Positions 41,837 through 51,842 of a stretch of 64,000 bases of DNA are shown piece after piece. The notes beneath the pieces were generated by a model. It was not told the origin of the DNA. It worked only from the letters and a program-made list of their open reading frames with translations, and searched no databases. The stretch's first letter is position 1, and each line of letters starts with the position of its first letter. A program made the position numbers and the translations under genes. Origin of the DNA: Dehalococcoidia bacterium (GTDB taxonomy: Bacteria; Chloroflexota; Dehalococcoidia; UBA2979); contig OZ244720.1 in the NCBI GenBank assembly GCA_965219085.1, positions 2,304,001 to 2,368,000 on the forward strand, written 5' to 3'.

Positions 41837-42984
41837 GTGGACCTCTCACTCACCGAGGAACAGCAGCTCCTCAAGCAGGGCGTCGAGGATTTCGTGGCAC
41901 GTGAGGCGACGCGCGAGGAGGTCGTCGGCTCGCCGACAGCGACCTCGGCTTCTCGCCGGAGCACTACACGCGCATCGCCGAACTCGGCTGGCTCGGCGCG
42001 GCCATGCCGGAGCGCTACGGCGGCGCGGGCATGGGACTGACCGACGCTGCCGTGCTGTTCGAGGCCTTCGGCTACGCGGCGCTGCCCGGCCCGTTCGTCT
42101 CCTCGGCCGTCGTCTCGGCGCTCATCGTCGAGGAGGCGGGGAGCGAGGAGCAGCGCGCGGCGCTGCTGCCGCGCATCGCCAGCGGGCAGGCGATCGCCGT
42201 GCTCGCGCTCACCGAGGCCGCCTACGGCTGGGGCCCCGAGGGCGTGCACATGCGCGCCCACGTGAGCGGCGGCGACTACGTCCTCGACGGCGTCAAGCTG
42301 TTCGTACACGACGCGATGGGCGCGACGCACTTCATCGTGGCCGTCCGTACCAGCGACGCCGCAGGGCTCTCCCTGCTGCTCGTCGACGCCTCGGCGCCGG
42401 GCGTCTCCGTACGCCGCCTCGATAGCTTCACGGGCTCGGAGTGCGTCGTGCGCTTCGAGGGCGTGCGCGTGCCGGTCTCGGCCGTGCTCGGCGAGGTCGG
42501 AGGGGCCGAGGCACCGTTGGAGCGTGCGCAGGCGCGCGCGACGCCGGTGCTCTGCGCCTACCAGGTCGGTGGCGGCCAGGCAGCGTTCGACATGGCCGTC
42601 GCCTACAGCCGCGAGCGGCGGCAGTTCGGCCAGCCGATCGGCCGCTTCCAGCACGTCCAGCACCACATCATCCAGCTCGTGAACCACGTCGACGCGTCAC
42701 GCTGGACGACCTACGAGGCGCTGTGGCGGCTCGACGAAGGCAAGCCGGGAGGCGAGGTCGCCTCGCACCTCGCGAAGGCGGTGACGAGCGAGGGGTTCGT
42801 GCAGGCCGTGAACTTCTCGCACGAGGTGCACGCGGGCGCGGGCGTGATGCACGAGTACGGGCTGACGCTCTACACGCAGCTCTCGCGCTCGTTGTACCAC
42901 CACCTCGGCAGCCCGCGTTGGCGCCGCCGCCGGCTCGGCGACCTCCTCGTCGGCCACGACCTTGGCCCCGACCCACTCGACTGA
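41837..42984 (+). pseudogene. Second acyl-CoA dehydrogenase subunit (frameshift near 41927)
   Basis: MDLSLTEEQQLL in one frame, then ELGWLG..MPERYGG...R.QFGQPIGRFQ...HAGAG in the next. Confidence 0.75.
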
Positions 42985-43062
42985 CCGTGTGCCGGTCGAG
43001 TGGTTCGGCGTCGGTGCCTGATCCCGGCGCTGTAGAATGCAGGTGCGCCGGAGCGACCAGAG

Positions 43063-43620
43063 ATGACGACCACCGAGACCAAGCTCCTGACGGCCGACGA
43101 CTTGCTGCGGCTCTACAGCCAGGGCGTGCGCGGCGAACTGATCCGGGGGGTGCTCGCCGAGACCATGTCGACGGGACAGTTGCACGGCAGGATCGTCGCA
43201 AAGCTGGTCGCGGCGCTGGTCAACTTCGTCGACGCGGCGGAGCTTGGCACCGTCGTCACTTCCGACTCGGGTGTGCGGCTCGAGCGCGACCCGGACACGG
43301 TGCGCGAGCCGGACATCGGCTTCACGTCAGTAGCGCGGCTGCCGCTCGACGAGGTCGTCGGAGGCTACGCGGAGGTGGTGCCGGACCTCGTGGTCGAAGT
43401 CTCGTCGCCGGGCGACACCCGGCGCGCGGTCAACGACAAGGCGCGGATGTGGCTGAGCTACGGTGCGCGCCTCGTCTGGGTGGTGCACCCGGACACGCGC
43501 ACGGTCGATGTGCACAGGCCGGATCAGGCCGCCTCGACCCTCAGCGAGGACGAGACCCTCGACGGCATGGACGTGCTGCCCGGCTTCACCTGCGCGGTGA
43601 GCACCGTCTTCGGGGCGTAG
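43063..43620 (+). CDS. Uma2 family (PD-(D/E)xK) endonuclease-like protein
   Basis: ELIRG; VREPDIGF; PDLVVEVSSP; K...WL.YG..LVWVV.P; DVLPGF. Confidence 0.9.
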   Translation: MTTTETKLLTADDLLRLYSQGVRGELIRGVLAETMSTGQLHGRIVAKLVAALVNFVDAAELGTVVTSDSGVRLERDPDTVREPDIGFTSVARLPLDEVVGGYAEVVPDLVVEVSSPGDTRRAVNDKARMWLSYGARLVWVVHPDTRTVDVHRPDQAASTLSEDETLDGMDVLPGFTCAVSTVFGA

Positions 43621-43625
43621 CGCGC

Positions 43626-44068
43626 CTACTCCTCACCCGCCTCCGCCATCTGCTGCGCCAGTTCGTCCATGTCGATGTCCTCGATGTGGGTGGCGATGGA
43701 CCAGCGGTTGCCGGACGGCTCGAGGATGCGGGTGATACGGGTGCCGTAGACCTGATCCTCGGGGTCGGCGACGGCCGTGGCGCCGGCCTTGACGGCCATG
43801 ACGTACGTGCTGTCGACGTCCTCGACGTAGAGGTGGATCTGCGCGTCGGTCGCGGGGAAGTCGGGCGGTGTCACGTCCGCGACCATTACCACCGAGTCAC
43901 TGATCTCGACCTCGGCGTGACCGATCTCACCGCCGGGCATGGTCATGCGCATGCGCTCGACCGCCCCGAATGCAGTCGCGAGGAAGTCGAGGAACGCCGC
44001 GGCGTCTTCGACGACGCAGTAGGGGTAATCGCGGCGTAGCCGTCCGGGATCGGCTTGGCGGCGGGCAT
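43626..44068 (-). CDS. VOC/PhnB glyoxalase-family protein (probable frameshift near 44024)
   Basis: MPAAKPIPDGYAAIT joined to PYCVVEDAAAFLDF...AFGA...HLYVEDVD...AGAT...YG.R. Confidence 0.8.
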
Positions 44069-44168
44069 GGCGCCTCCCTCGATAGATGGGCCGACGAGGT
44101 CGTGGCACGCGCACGCATTCGGTGCGCGCAAGGTGGCGAGTGAACCGCTGAGGCAACCGGAGACGCGC

Positions 44169-44200
44169 CGCGCCCGCCCGCCGTGAGGCGGGCGGGCGCG
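44169..44200. terminator. 14-bp perfect GC hairpin with GTGA loop downstream of the nitronate monooxygenase gene
   Basis: CGCGCCCGCCCGCC-GTGA-GGCGGGCGGGCGCG. Confidence 0.55.
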
Positions 44201-44231
44201 AATCTGCGCTACGTGCGCGGAGGGTCGGCGG

Positions 44232-45341
44232 CTACGCGCCGATGGGCTGGCCGCTGAAGCGCTCGGCCGCCTCCTGCGCCTCCTCCATCAGGTCGAAGAT
44301 GACCTGCCGCGCGGGCTTGATCGACGTGATGTGACCCACGCCCTGCCCGGCCGGCGGGCCGCTCCAGTCCTCGAGGTGGTGGTCGTCGATGGCCTGCTTG
44401 ATCTCCGCCACCAGCATCGGCTGGAGCGGCATCGGCAGCGGGTCCGGGGCTTCCGGCGTGTCCCACGCCTCGGTCCACTTCGAGCGCACCTGGCGCACCG
44501 GCTTGCCGGTGGTCGCGCGCGACTGCACGGCGTCCTCGATGACGGCGTTCAGCAGCTTCTGCTTGGCGTACATCTCCGTCTCGGACTCGTTCGTGGCCTG
44601 CCAGATCGTGCCGCACCAGACGCCGTCGGCGCCCATCGCGACCGCGGCCGCAATGTGCGTGCCGGTGGTGACGCCGCCGGCGGCGAGGATCAGGCTGTCC
44701 GGGTTCAGTTCGTTGCGCGCCTTCACGACCTCGGGCACCAGCGAGAAGGTGCCGATGCGGCCACTGTGGCCGCCGGAGTCGCCGCCCTGCGCGATGATCG
44801 TGTCGACCTTCGCGTCGAGCTCACGCACCGCCTGACGCCGCAGCCCGATCAGGCCCCACACCTTCGTCCCCGCGGCGTGCGCGCGGTCGAGGATGAACGC
44901 GGGGCTGCCGAGGCCGGAGGCGAAGATCGGCACGTGGTTGTCCAGCACGACCTCGAGCTGGCGCTGCGCCTTCTCCATCAGGCCGGCGTCGATGCCGCCC
45001 TCGGGCTCCTGCTTCGGAGGCGGGATGTCGTTGTCGCGCATCAGCCCCGTGACGAAGTCGCGGTGCTCCTGCGGGATCATCTCCTCCAGGTCTTCCATGT
45101 TGCCCTGCACGAACGAGGCCGGAACCAGCAGGTCGACGCCGAACGGCTTGTCGCCGACGCGCTCGCGAATCCAGCGCACGTCGCTCTCGATCTCCTCGGG
45201 CGTCGAGCCGGTCGCGCCGAGTACGCCGATGCCGCCGGCGTTGACGACCGCGGCGATGACATCCTTGGTGTGCGCGAACGCGACGATCGGGAACTCGGCC
45301 CCGTACTCCTCGCACAGTCGCGTGCGGAGTGGGTCTGCCAT
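44232..45341 (-). CDS. Nitronate monooxygenase / 2-nitropropane dioxygenase family flavoprotein
   Basis: AVVNAGGIGVLG; PFGVDL; IAQGGDSGGH; AAGG; GADGVWCGT; PAGQGVG. Confidence 0.9.
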   Translation of the reverse strand: MADPLRTRLCEEYGAEFPIVAFAHTKDVIAAVVNAGGIGVLGATGSTPEEIESDVRWIRERVGDKPFGVDLLVPASFVQGNMEDLEEMIPQEHRDFVTGLMRDNDIPPPKQEPEGGIDAGLMEKAQRQLEVVLDNHVPIFASGLGSPAFILDRAHAAGTKVWGLIGLRRQAVRELDAKVDTIIAQGGDSGGHSGRIGTFSLVPEVVKARNELNPDSLILAAGGVTTGTHIAAAVAMGADGVWCGTIWQATNESETEMYAKQKLLNAVIEDAVQSRATTGKPVRQVRSKWTEAWDTPEAPDPLPMPLQPMLVAEIKQAIDDHHLEDWSGPPAGQGVGHITSIKPARQVIFDLMEEAQEAAERFSGQPIGA

Positions 45342-45503
45342 AGCTGTACCTCCCATGTGGTGTGCTGCGGCCGGCGCCCCGGCCGGGCGGCGGCTTCCTG
45401 TACCGCCGCGAACATAGAACGCCGTTACTGCCCTTGCAATGCACGAGGCGCCTACGGCGCGTGCGCGCCTCGCGCGCTACGCTGCGCAGCGCGGCGGCCG
45501 CTG

Positions 45504-46154
45504 ATGGAACTGCGACTCTTCCCGCTGCATACCGTGCTCTTCCCCGGCATGGCCTTGCCGCTCAACGTCTTCGAGCCGCGCTACCTGCAACTCGTCGACG
45601 AGTGCACGCGCGACGACGAACCGTTTGGCGTCGCGCTCATCCGTGAGGGCCCCGAGGTCGGCGGCTTCGCCGCCCCGGTCGACGTCGGCACGACGGCGCG
45701 CATCGAGCGCGCCGAGCCGGGCATGCTCAACGCGGTCTCGCTCCTCGCGCGCGGCGAGCAGCGCTTCCGCATCACGGAGCTGCATCACGACCGCCCGTAC
45801 CTGTGGGCCGATGCCGAGCTCATCGAGGAACCCTCGCGCGACGCGCCCGCGGAGCTGCGCGAGCGGGCCCGCGAGCAACTCATCGCCTTCGCGCGGCTAC
45901 GCTCGCAGGCCCGCGGCGAGTACGAGCGCGACCCGGGTTCCGACCCGCCCGAGGGCGCCGGGGCGCTCGCCGACGCCATCTGCGCGACCGGCGCCGGCGC
46001 GGCCGACGAGCGCCAGCGGCTCCTCGAAACGCTTGACCCCGTCGATCGCCTCACGCGCGCGGTCGAGATGTTCGAGGAGATCCTCGAACTGCTGCGCCGC
46101 CGCGTCGGCGAGGCGGCGGTGCAACGCTGGAACGAGCCGGGGGGCCTCAACTGA
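45504..46154 (+). CDS. Lon protease N-terminal (substrate-binding) domain protein
   Basis: LFPLHTVLFPG...FEPRY...FGVALIREG...VGTTARI...GEQRFRI. Confidence 0.88.
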   Translation: MELRLFPLHTVLFPGMALPLNVFEPRYLQLVDECTRDDEPFGVALIREGPEVGGFAAPVDVGTTARIERAEPGMLNAVSLLARGEQRFRITELHHDRPYLWADAELIEEPSRDAPAELRERAREQLIAFARLRSQARGEYERDPGSDPPEGAGALADAICATGAGAADERQRLLETLDPVDRLTRAVEMFEEILELLRRRVGEAAVQRWNEPGGLN

Positions 46155-46233
46155 CGCGGCGCAGGTGCGCGCTGCGCCCCGCGCGGTACGCTGTCCCGGT
46201 GCGCGCGCCGGCCGTGCGGCGGGGGGTGTGGCG

Positions 46234-47256
46234 GTGAGCCTGACATTCGGCGTCCTCGACCAATCCCCGATCCGCGAGGGCGGTACCGCCGCCGAGGCGC
46301 TGGCCGAGACGATCGAGCTCGCGAAGGCGACCGAGCGGCTCGGCTACAGCCGCTACTGGCTCGCCGAGCACCACAACAGCCGCGGCCTCGCGAGCTCAGC
46401 GCCCGAGGTGCTGATCGCGCGCGTCGCCGCGGAGACCTCGACGATGCGTATCGGCTCCGGCGGCGTGATGCTCTCGCACTACGCGCCGCTCAAGGTCGCC
46501 GAGAACTTCCGCACGCTCGAGACGCTCTACCCCGGCCGCATCGACCTCGGCGTCGGGCGCGCGCCGGGCTCCGATGGCCGCACGGCGCAGGCGCTGACGC
46601 ACGGGCCGGGCGCGCTCGGCATCCAGCACTACCCGCATCAGGTCGCCGACCTGCTGCGCTTCGTCTCCAACCAGCTGCCGGAGGGCCACTACTTCACCGG
46701 CATCCAGGCCACCCCGCTCGGCCCCACGGTGCCGCAGCCGTGGATGCTTGGCTCCTCGCTCGAGAGCGCGAGCATGGCGGCCGAGTTCGGGGTGCCGTAC
46801 TCGTTCGCGCACTTCATCAACGAGGCGTGGGCGGGCGAGGCGATCACGCTCTACCGCCGCATCTTCCGCCCCTCGCCGTGGCTCGACGAACCGCGAGTGA
46901 GCGTCGGCGTCTCGGTGATCTGCGCCGACACCGACGAGCGCGCCGAGGAGCTGGCGATGAGCCGTTGGATGTGGCGGCTGCGCAACCGGCAGGGCCGCTC
47001 TTACGGCGTCCCGTCGGTCGAGTCCTCCATGGCCGAGGAGCTGAACGAGGCTGAGCGCGAGTACATCGACTTCCAGCGCAAGCACGCGCTCGTCGGCGGG
47101 CCGGAGCGCGTGAAGGAGCGCATGGAAGCCCTCGCCGCCGAACTCACCGCCGACGAGTTCATCGTCGTCACCATCACCTACGACTTCGCGGACCGCCTCC
47201 GGTCGTACGAGTTGCTGGCGGACGTGTTCGGGTTGGAGGGGCGAGCGAGCGAGTAG
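46234..47256 (+). CDS. Luciferase-like monooxygenase (LLM class flavin oxidoreductase)
   Basis: LDQSPI; RYWLAEHH; RIGSGGVML; RIDLGVGRAPG. Confidence 0.92.
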   Translation: MSLTFGVLDQSPIREGGTAAEALAETIELAKATERLGYSRYWLAEHHNSRGLASSAPEVLIARVAAETSTMRIGSGGVMLSHYAPLKVAENFRTLETLYPGRIDLGVGRAPGSDGRTAQALTHGPGALGIQHYPHQVADLLRFVSNQLPEGHYFTGIQATPLGPTVPQPWMLGSSLESASMAAEFGVPYSFAHFINEAWAGEAITLYRRIFRPSPWLDEPRVSVGVSVICADTDERAEELAMSRWMWRLRNRQGRSYGVPSVESSMAEELNEAEREYIDFQRKHALVGGPERVKERMEALAAELTADEFIVVTITYDFADRLRSYELLADVFGLEGRASE

Positions 47257-47296
47257 CCCGGCGTCGCCGCCTCACCGTCGCGCCGCGCGCCCGCCG

Positions 47297-47827
47297 TCAG
47301 TCGTACCTACCGTTGGCGTACGTCGGCCGGTCGAGCCGCTCGAAGATGTGCGGCCAGAGGACGTCCCGGCCCGGTTCGACCGGGCCGATGCGATCCTCGA
47401 CGAGATCCTCATCAGACGCGGTCTCGCACATCCAGACTCGACAAGTGGGCGGCTCCTCCCGCGTCTCGGGGCGGAAGGCGAACATCGCGAGAGCGCCGGT
47501 CGATTCGTCGTCAGCCAACACCGAGGGCGCGTCGAAGCCGAGCAACCGCGTCTCGTTGTGGCGGCCTCCGTGGTACTCGCTGTTGTACCAGACGGCCCGG
47601 ATCGTCTGGACGTAGGGGTGGCTGTCGATCGCCATCTCGATCGGTACCGCCGGGTTCGTCCTGCCAGCCCAGAACAGCTTCGAGCTCACCCGGAGCATGA
47701 CCTGCCTCGGGACGAAGAGGCCGGCGGGGTCATCCTCGACAGCGATGGCCGGGTGCGGCAGACGCGTCGCGTACAGCGGGTCGCCGGTGAGCATGATCTC
47801 GTCGAGCCACGCGACCACGTTTCGCAC
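47297..47827 (-). CDS. Stand-alone EcoRII N-terminal (effector-binding)-like domain
   Basis: NP...IDSH...RAVWYN...RHNETRL.GF...STGALAMFAF...CRVWMC...EDLVEDRIGPVEPG; no catalytic domain. Confidence 0.65.
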   Translation of the reverse strand: MRNVVAWLDEIMLTGDPLYATRLPHPAIAVEDDPAGLFVPRQVMLRVSSKLFWAGRTNPAVPIEMAIDSHPYVQTIRAVWYNSEYHGGRHNETRLLGFDAPSVLADDESTGALAMFAFRPETREEPPTCRVWMCETASDEDLVEDRIGPVEPGRDVLWPHIFERLDRPTYANGRYD

Positions 47828-47959
47828 GAGCCGTATCCCTTCCGCACTTCCCTCGAACGGTCCAGATCATACGACGCGTGGTCGCCTCCACCCCTGGATC
47901 GATTGCGTTCGTTATCCTGGCGAACCGGAGCGCGTGCCCGCGAGGCTGAGGGGGATCGT

Positions 47960-48664
47960 GTGGAGCTCGGCAACCTCGAACCCGGGGCCATCATCAGCTA
48001 CCACCAGATGTGCACCGAGGAACACGAGGTGCGGCTACAGCGCGGGATGAACTTCCGCCTCGACCCTCGGTACAGCGTCATGCTGATGAGCCGTCGTGAG
48101 GGCGCGCCGTACGCGGATAGCGTCGAAGACGGGGGCGAGACCCTCATCTACGAGGGGCACGACGCTTCCCGGACGCGAGGTGGACCCGACCCCGCGAGCA
48201 TGGACCAACCTCTCGCCTATGCGTCAGGCCGAGCCACGCAGAATGGCCTATTTCGCGGGGCGGCTCTCGCGTACAAGGAGGGTCGCGCCGAAGCGGAGCA
48301 CGTGAAGGTCTACGAGAAGCTCCTGCGGGGGACGTGGGTCTTCAACGGCGTGTTCCGGCTCACCGACTGCTGGAGCGAGGAGCGCGCGGGTCGCGCGGTG
48401 TTCAAGTTCCGTCTCGAGCCTGCGGAAGAAGACGCTGAACCGGCCCGCCCGGCACTGAGGGAGCGTAGTCGCATGATCCCCTCGGCGGTGAAACGCGAAG
48501 TGTGGGAGCGCGACCGTGGCCGGTGTGTGATCTGCGGCGCGACCGACGAGCTCCATTTCGACCATGACATCCCGTACTCCGCCGGCGGCTCCTCGATCGC
48601 CGCGGAGAACATTCGCATCCTCTGCGCGCGCCACAATCTCGAGAAGAGTGACCGCATCGAGTGA
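47960..48664 (+). CDS. HNH endonuclease with SRA-like N-terminal domain (putative modification-dependent restriction)
   Basis: LQRGMNF...PYAD...LIYEGHD; C-terminal VWERD.GRCV.CG...HFDH.IP...N...LC..HN..K. Confidence 0.8.
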   Translation: MELGNLEPGAIISYHQMCTEEHEVRLQRGMNFRLDPRYSVMLMSRREGAPYADSVEDGGETLIYEGHDASRTRGGPDPASMDQPLAYASGRATQNGLFRGAALAYKEGRAEAEHVKVYEKLLRGTWVFNGVFRLTDCWSEERAGRAVFKFRLEPAEEDAEPARPALRERSRMIPSAVKREVWERDRGRCVICGATDELHFDHDIPYSAGGSSIAAENIRILCARHNLEKSDRIE

Positions 48665-48695
48665 TATACCCGCGTCGGCTTGGTGCGTGGGCTGC

Positions 48696-49355
48696 TTAAG
48701 GGCGGCGCCGCAACGCGTGGTCGAGGCGATCAGCGAGGGCGTGGTCGCCGATATCGCGGAGTTGGCCGGGGAGTTCTGGGCGCGAATACGGGAAGACGCC
48801 CGCCTCGCTCAGCGCGGCGCGGGCGAGGTGTGTGAGCATCGATATCTCCAGCTCAGCGGCGGCGTCATGGTCGCCGACCGCGAACATGTCGTCGCGGAGG
48901 CGCTGCACCTTCTGTGCGCGCACGCGCGCTTCGTCGGCCGACGGCAGAGCGAGGCGATCGTTCCAGTTCGCACGCAACGCGGTCCACCTACCGTCGCGCT
49001 CGAAGAGCGGTCGGCCGAACCGTACGGTCCACGAAAGGTAGTCGTGGCCCGACTTGAGCAGTCGGGGCACATCGGCTTGCTCGTATTGCCGTAAGTCCAC
49101 ATCCATCGGCGGCCGACGTAATGCGGGGCGAAGCTTCCGGTACACCAGCACGAGGTCGAGGTCGTCGATACGTTCCACGTCACGCACTGCCGAACCGGTG
49201 GCGACGATCGCATCGATCGCGACATCGCGGCGAGCGGCGGCTGCGGCGTCGCGTGTCCATTCCCACGCGGCCTTGCTCGGCCACGACCGCACGGTGGCGA
49301 GCGCGCCGTCCGACGTCGGTACCGTCACGCCTCGCGGTGTCAGTTGGTTCGTCAT
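48696..49355 (-). CDS. Nucleotidyltransferase (MNT)-domain protein
   Basis: TGSAVR...DDLDLVLV motif; ATGA overlap with the upstream HEPN-like gene. Confidence 0.7.
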   Translation of the reverse strand: MTNQLTPRGVTVPTSDGALATVRSWPSKAAWEWTRDAAAAARRDVAIDAIVATGSAVRDVERIDDLDLVLVYRKLRPALRRPPMDVDLRQYEQADVPRLLKSGHDYLSWTVRFGRPLFERDGRWTALRANWNDRLALPSADEARVRAQKVQRLRDDMFAVGDHDAAAELEISMLTHLARAALSEAGVFPYSRPELPGQLRDIGDHALADRLDHALRRRP

Positions 49356-49735
49356 CGCGCCAGCAACTCCGCCACGTAGCCAACATACTCTTCGATGGCA
49401 GCAGCGATCTCTTCGGGGTTGAGGTCGTCGGGGCGATCAGTGTCCCCGTATGCCTCATGCTTCCGCGTCTGGTTCAGGGCAACGAGCAGATCAGCCATGT
49501 CTGGAAGGCCGTGCTCTTCATGGAGCCGCTGCGCGGCCTCTTCCTTGGCCCAGTGGGAACGGGGCCGTCGCCAGCCGAGGTGTAATGCAGCGGCTACTAC
49601 GCTCGCCTCCAAGCAATAGAAGCCATACGTGGAGAGGTCCGCCCAGTCCGTAGGCTCATCCCAAGAGTCCCACACCCGTTGAAGGTGCGAGTTGGCCAGT
49701 TGAAGGGAGTGCTCGGCTGTCTGTTCCGTGCTCAA
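49352..49735 (-). CDS. HEPN-like protein
   Basis: FYCLEASV.A...SH...LNQTRKHEAYGD; paired with the MNT gene. Confidence 0.6.
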   Translation of the reverse strand: MSTEQTAEHSLQLANSHLQRVWDSWDEPTDWADLSTYGFYCLEASVVAAALHLGWRRPRSHWAKEEAAQRLHEEHGLPDMADLLVALNQTRKHEAYGDTDRPDDLNPEEIAAAIEEYVGYVAELLAR

Positions 49736-49789
49736 GACGCCGCCTCTTCTTGCCCGTTGATTGTATCTAATCGCAGTCGGTAGCCAAGA

Positions 49790-50629
49790 CTAACTCTCAT
49801 ACCCCCTCGCCGCCCCCACCAACCGCAGCGCGTGCGCGTGCGCGGCGACGTCGTGGACGCGGACGACGTGGACGCCGTGCGAGGCGGCGAGGACGTTGAA
49901 GGCGAGGGTCGCCTCGAACTGGCCCGGGGCGTCCTGACGCTTCTCGTAGCCGAGCGCCTCGGCGAGGAAGCCCTTGCGGGAGGCGGAGATGAGCACCGGG
50001 TAACCCGTCGCGACGAGGTCGGGCAGGCCGCCGAGGAGGCGCAGGTTGTCGTCCAGCGACTTGCCGAACTCGAAGCCCGGGTCCAGCCACGGGCGCGGCG
50101 CGCCCGCGGCATCGAGGGCGGACGCGCGGTCGAGCAGGAAGTCGCGCACCTCGGCCACGATGTCGTCATAACGCTGGTCGGCGTCGTAGTGGCGCTGCGG
50201 GCGGCCGCGCATGTGCATCACGATCGGCGTCGCGCCGTACTCCGCGGCGACCCCAGCCATCTCGGGGTCGACGAAACCCGTCACGTCGTTGAGGCCGTCG
50301 ACGCCGGCGGCGGCTGCGGCGCGCGCGACCTCGGCCGTCCAGCTGTCGACGGTGACGGGGATGCCGTCGGTCACGAGCGCCTCGATGACCGGGCAGACGC
50401 GCTCGATCTCCTCTTGCGGCGCGATCGGTGCGGCGCGCGAGGAGGTGGAGTGCGCGCCGACGTCGATGATCGCGGCACCCTCGGCGACGAGCGCGCGCGC
50501 CCGCGCGAGCGCCTTCGAGGGGTCGACGACTGAGCCGGCGACGGGCGAGTCGGGGGAGAGGTTGAGGATCGCCATGATCGCGGTGCGATCGGTGGTGTCG
50601 ATGCGGTGCTTGCCAAGTTCGAGCAGCAC
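49790..50629 (-). CDS. folP: Dihydropteroate synthase
   Basis: MAILNLSPDS; IDVGA; NDVTG; VMHMRG.P; DPGF.FGK; SRKGF; RVHDV. Confidence 0.92.
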   Translation of the reverse strand: MLLELGKHRIDTTDRTAIMAILNLSPDSPVAGSVVDPSKALARARALVAEGAAIIDVGAHSTSSRAAPIAPQEEIERVCPVIEALVTDGIPVTVDSWTAEVARAAAAAGVDGLNDVTGFVDPEMAGVAAEYGATPIVMHMRGRPQRHYDADQRYDDIVAEVRDFLLDRASALDAAGAPRPWLDPGFEFGKSLDDNLRLLGGLPDLVATGYPVLISASRKGFLAEALGYEKRQDAPGQFEATLAFNVLAASHGVHVVRVHDVAAHAHALRLVGAARGYES

Positions 50630-50765
50630 GCCCTCGTCCCTCGTCGGCGGCGGGGGTGCGCCCCCCTGCCTCGGTCCTCAGTCTACGTGCGGCGAGGGCT
50701 ACGGGCGGCGGGCTGTCGCAGCGCGGGGCGGCGTCGTAGAGTCTCCGCGGAGCTCGGATGAAGCC

Positions 50766-50972
50766 GTGCAGTACACCGTCGTAATCGAAGAGACCGAGAA
50801 CGGCTACTCGGCGTACGCGCCCGACGTGCCGGGCTGCGTTGCCGCAGGCGACACCGTGTCGGAAGTCGAGGATCTCATCCGGGAGGCGCTCGCCTTCCAC
50901 ATCGAATCGCTCGGGGAACACGGGGAGCCGGTGCCGGAACCGCGGGCCTCCGCCGTACTGGTCGAGGTCTAG
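50766..50972 (+). CDS. hicB: Orphan short HicB family protein
   Basis: YTVVIEETENGYSAYAPDVPGCVAAGDT...IREALAFH; no adjacent hicA. Confidence 0.85.
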   Translation: MQYTVVIEETENGYSAYAPDVPGCVAAGDTVSEVEDLIREALAFHIESLGEHGEPVPEPRASAVLVEV

Positions 50973-51038
50973 CTCGGGCATTGGTCTGACGGCGGGTCGT
51001 AGAGTCGCCGGGAACACGGACGGGAGCAGCGAGGCGTC

Positions 51039-51842
51039 ATGGTGGGCGAAGACATCACGGAGGCTGTGGGCGAGCCCGTCCTCGTCGCACTCGACTTCAC
51101 CGCCGTCGAGCTGCGCGTGCTCTTCACCGACATGCAGGGCGCGCCCCTCGAACGTGGCGCGTGGCCGCTGCCGCCCCTGCCCGACGAGGACGCGTGGGCG
51201 TGGCAGGTCGGCGGGCGCATCGCGACGCTGTTCGCCACCGAGGGGTCGCGGCGCTCGGCGCTCGCCATCGCCGTCGCCGCGCCCGGCGTCGTCGACCCGC
51301 TTTCCGGGACGCTCGCCCACTCGACCGGGCAGGACACGTGGGACGGACTCGCGGTCGTCGAGGCGCTGCGACGCCACATCGACACGCCCATCGCGTGCGA
51401 GAGCCGCACCAACGCGGCGCTGATCGGCGAGCGCTGGCATGGCGCAGCCTCGGGCGCCGACGACGTGCTTTACGTCTCGCTGCGCGGGACGCCCGAGGCG
51501 GCTCTGATGGCCGGTGGGCGGCCGGTGCGCGGCGCTCGCTTCTCCGCCGGCAACCTGCCGGCGATGCCCGAGCTCGAGCCGGGCCAGCCCATCGGCGACG
51601 AGGACCTCGAGACCGCCTCGGGGCTGCTCGCGGACGCCTCGGCGCTGCTGGGCCCGGAGCTCGTCGTGATCGACGGTGAGGACGGGCACACGCGGCGGCT
51701 GATCCCGCTGCTCCAGCGCGTGCTGGACGAGGTGGCGCCGGGACCGCGCGTCGTCGCCTCGGAGCTGGGGGACACCGCCGCGCTGCTCGGTGCGGCACGC
51801 CTCGCCTCCCGCCTCGCGTACGAGGGCGACCGCAAGCCGTGA
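51039..51842 (+). CDS. ROK family protein
   Basis: AVAAPGVVD; NAALIGE; LGPELVVIDG; AALLGAA; motifs degenerate. Confidence 0.75.
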   Translation: MVGEDITEAVGEPVLVALDFTAVELRVLFTDMQGAPLERGAWPLPPLPDEDAWAWQVGGRIATLFATEGSRRSALAIAVAAPGVVDPLSGTLAHSTGQDTWDGLAVVEALRRHIDTPIACESRTNAALIGERWHGAASGADDVLYVSLRGTPEAALMAGGRPVRGARFSAGNLPAMPELEPGQPIGDEDLETASGLLADASALLGPELVVIDGEDGHTRRLIPLLQRVLDEVAPGPRVVASELGDTAALLGAARLASRLAYEGDRKP

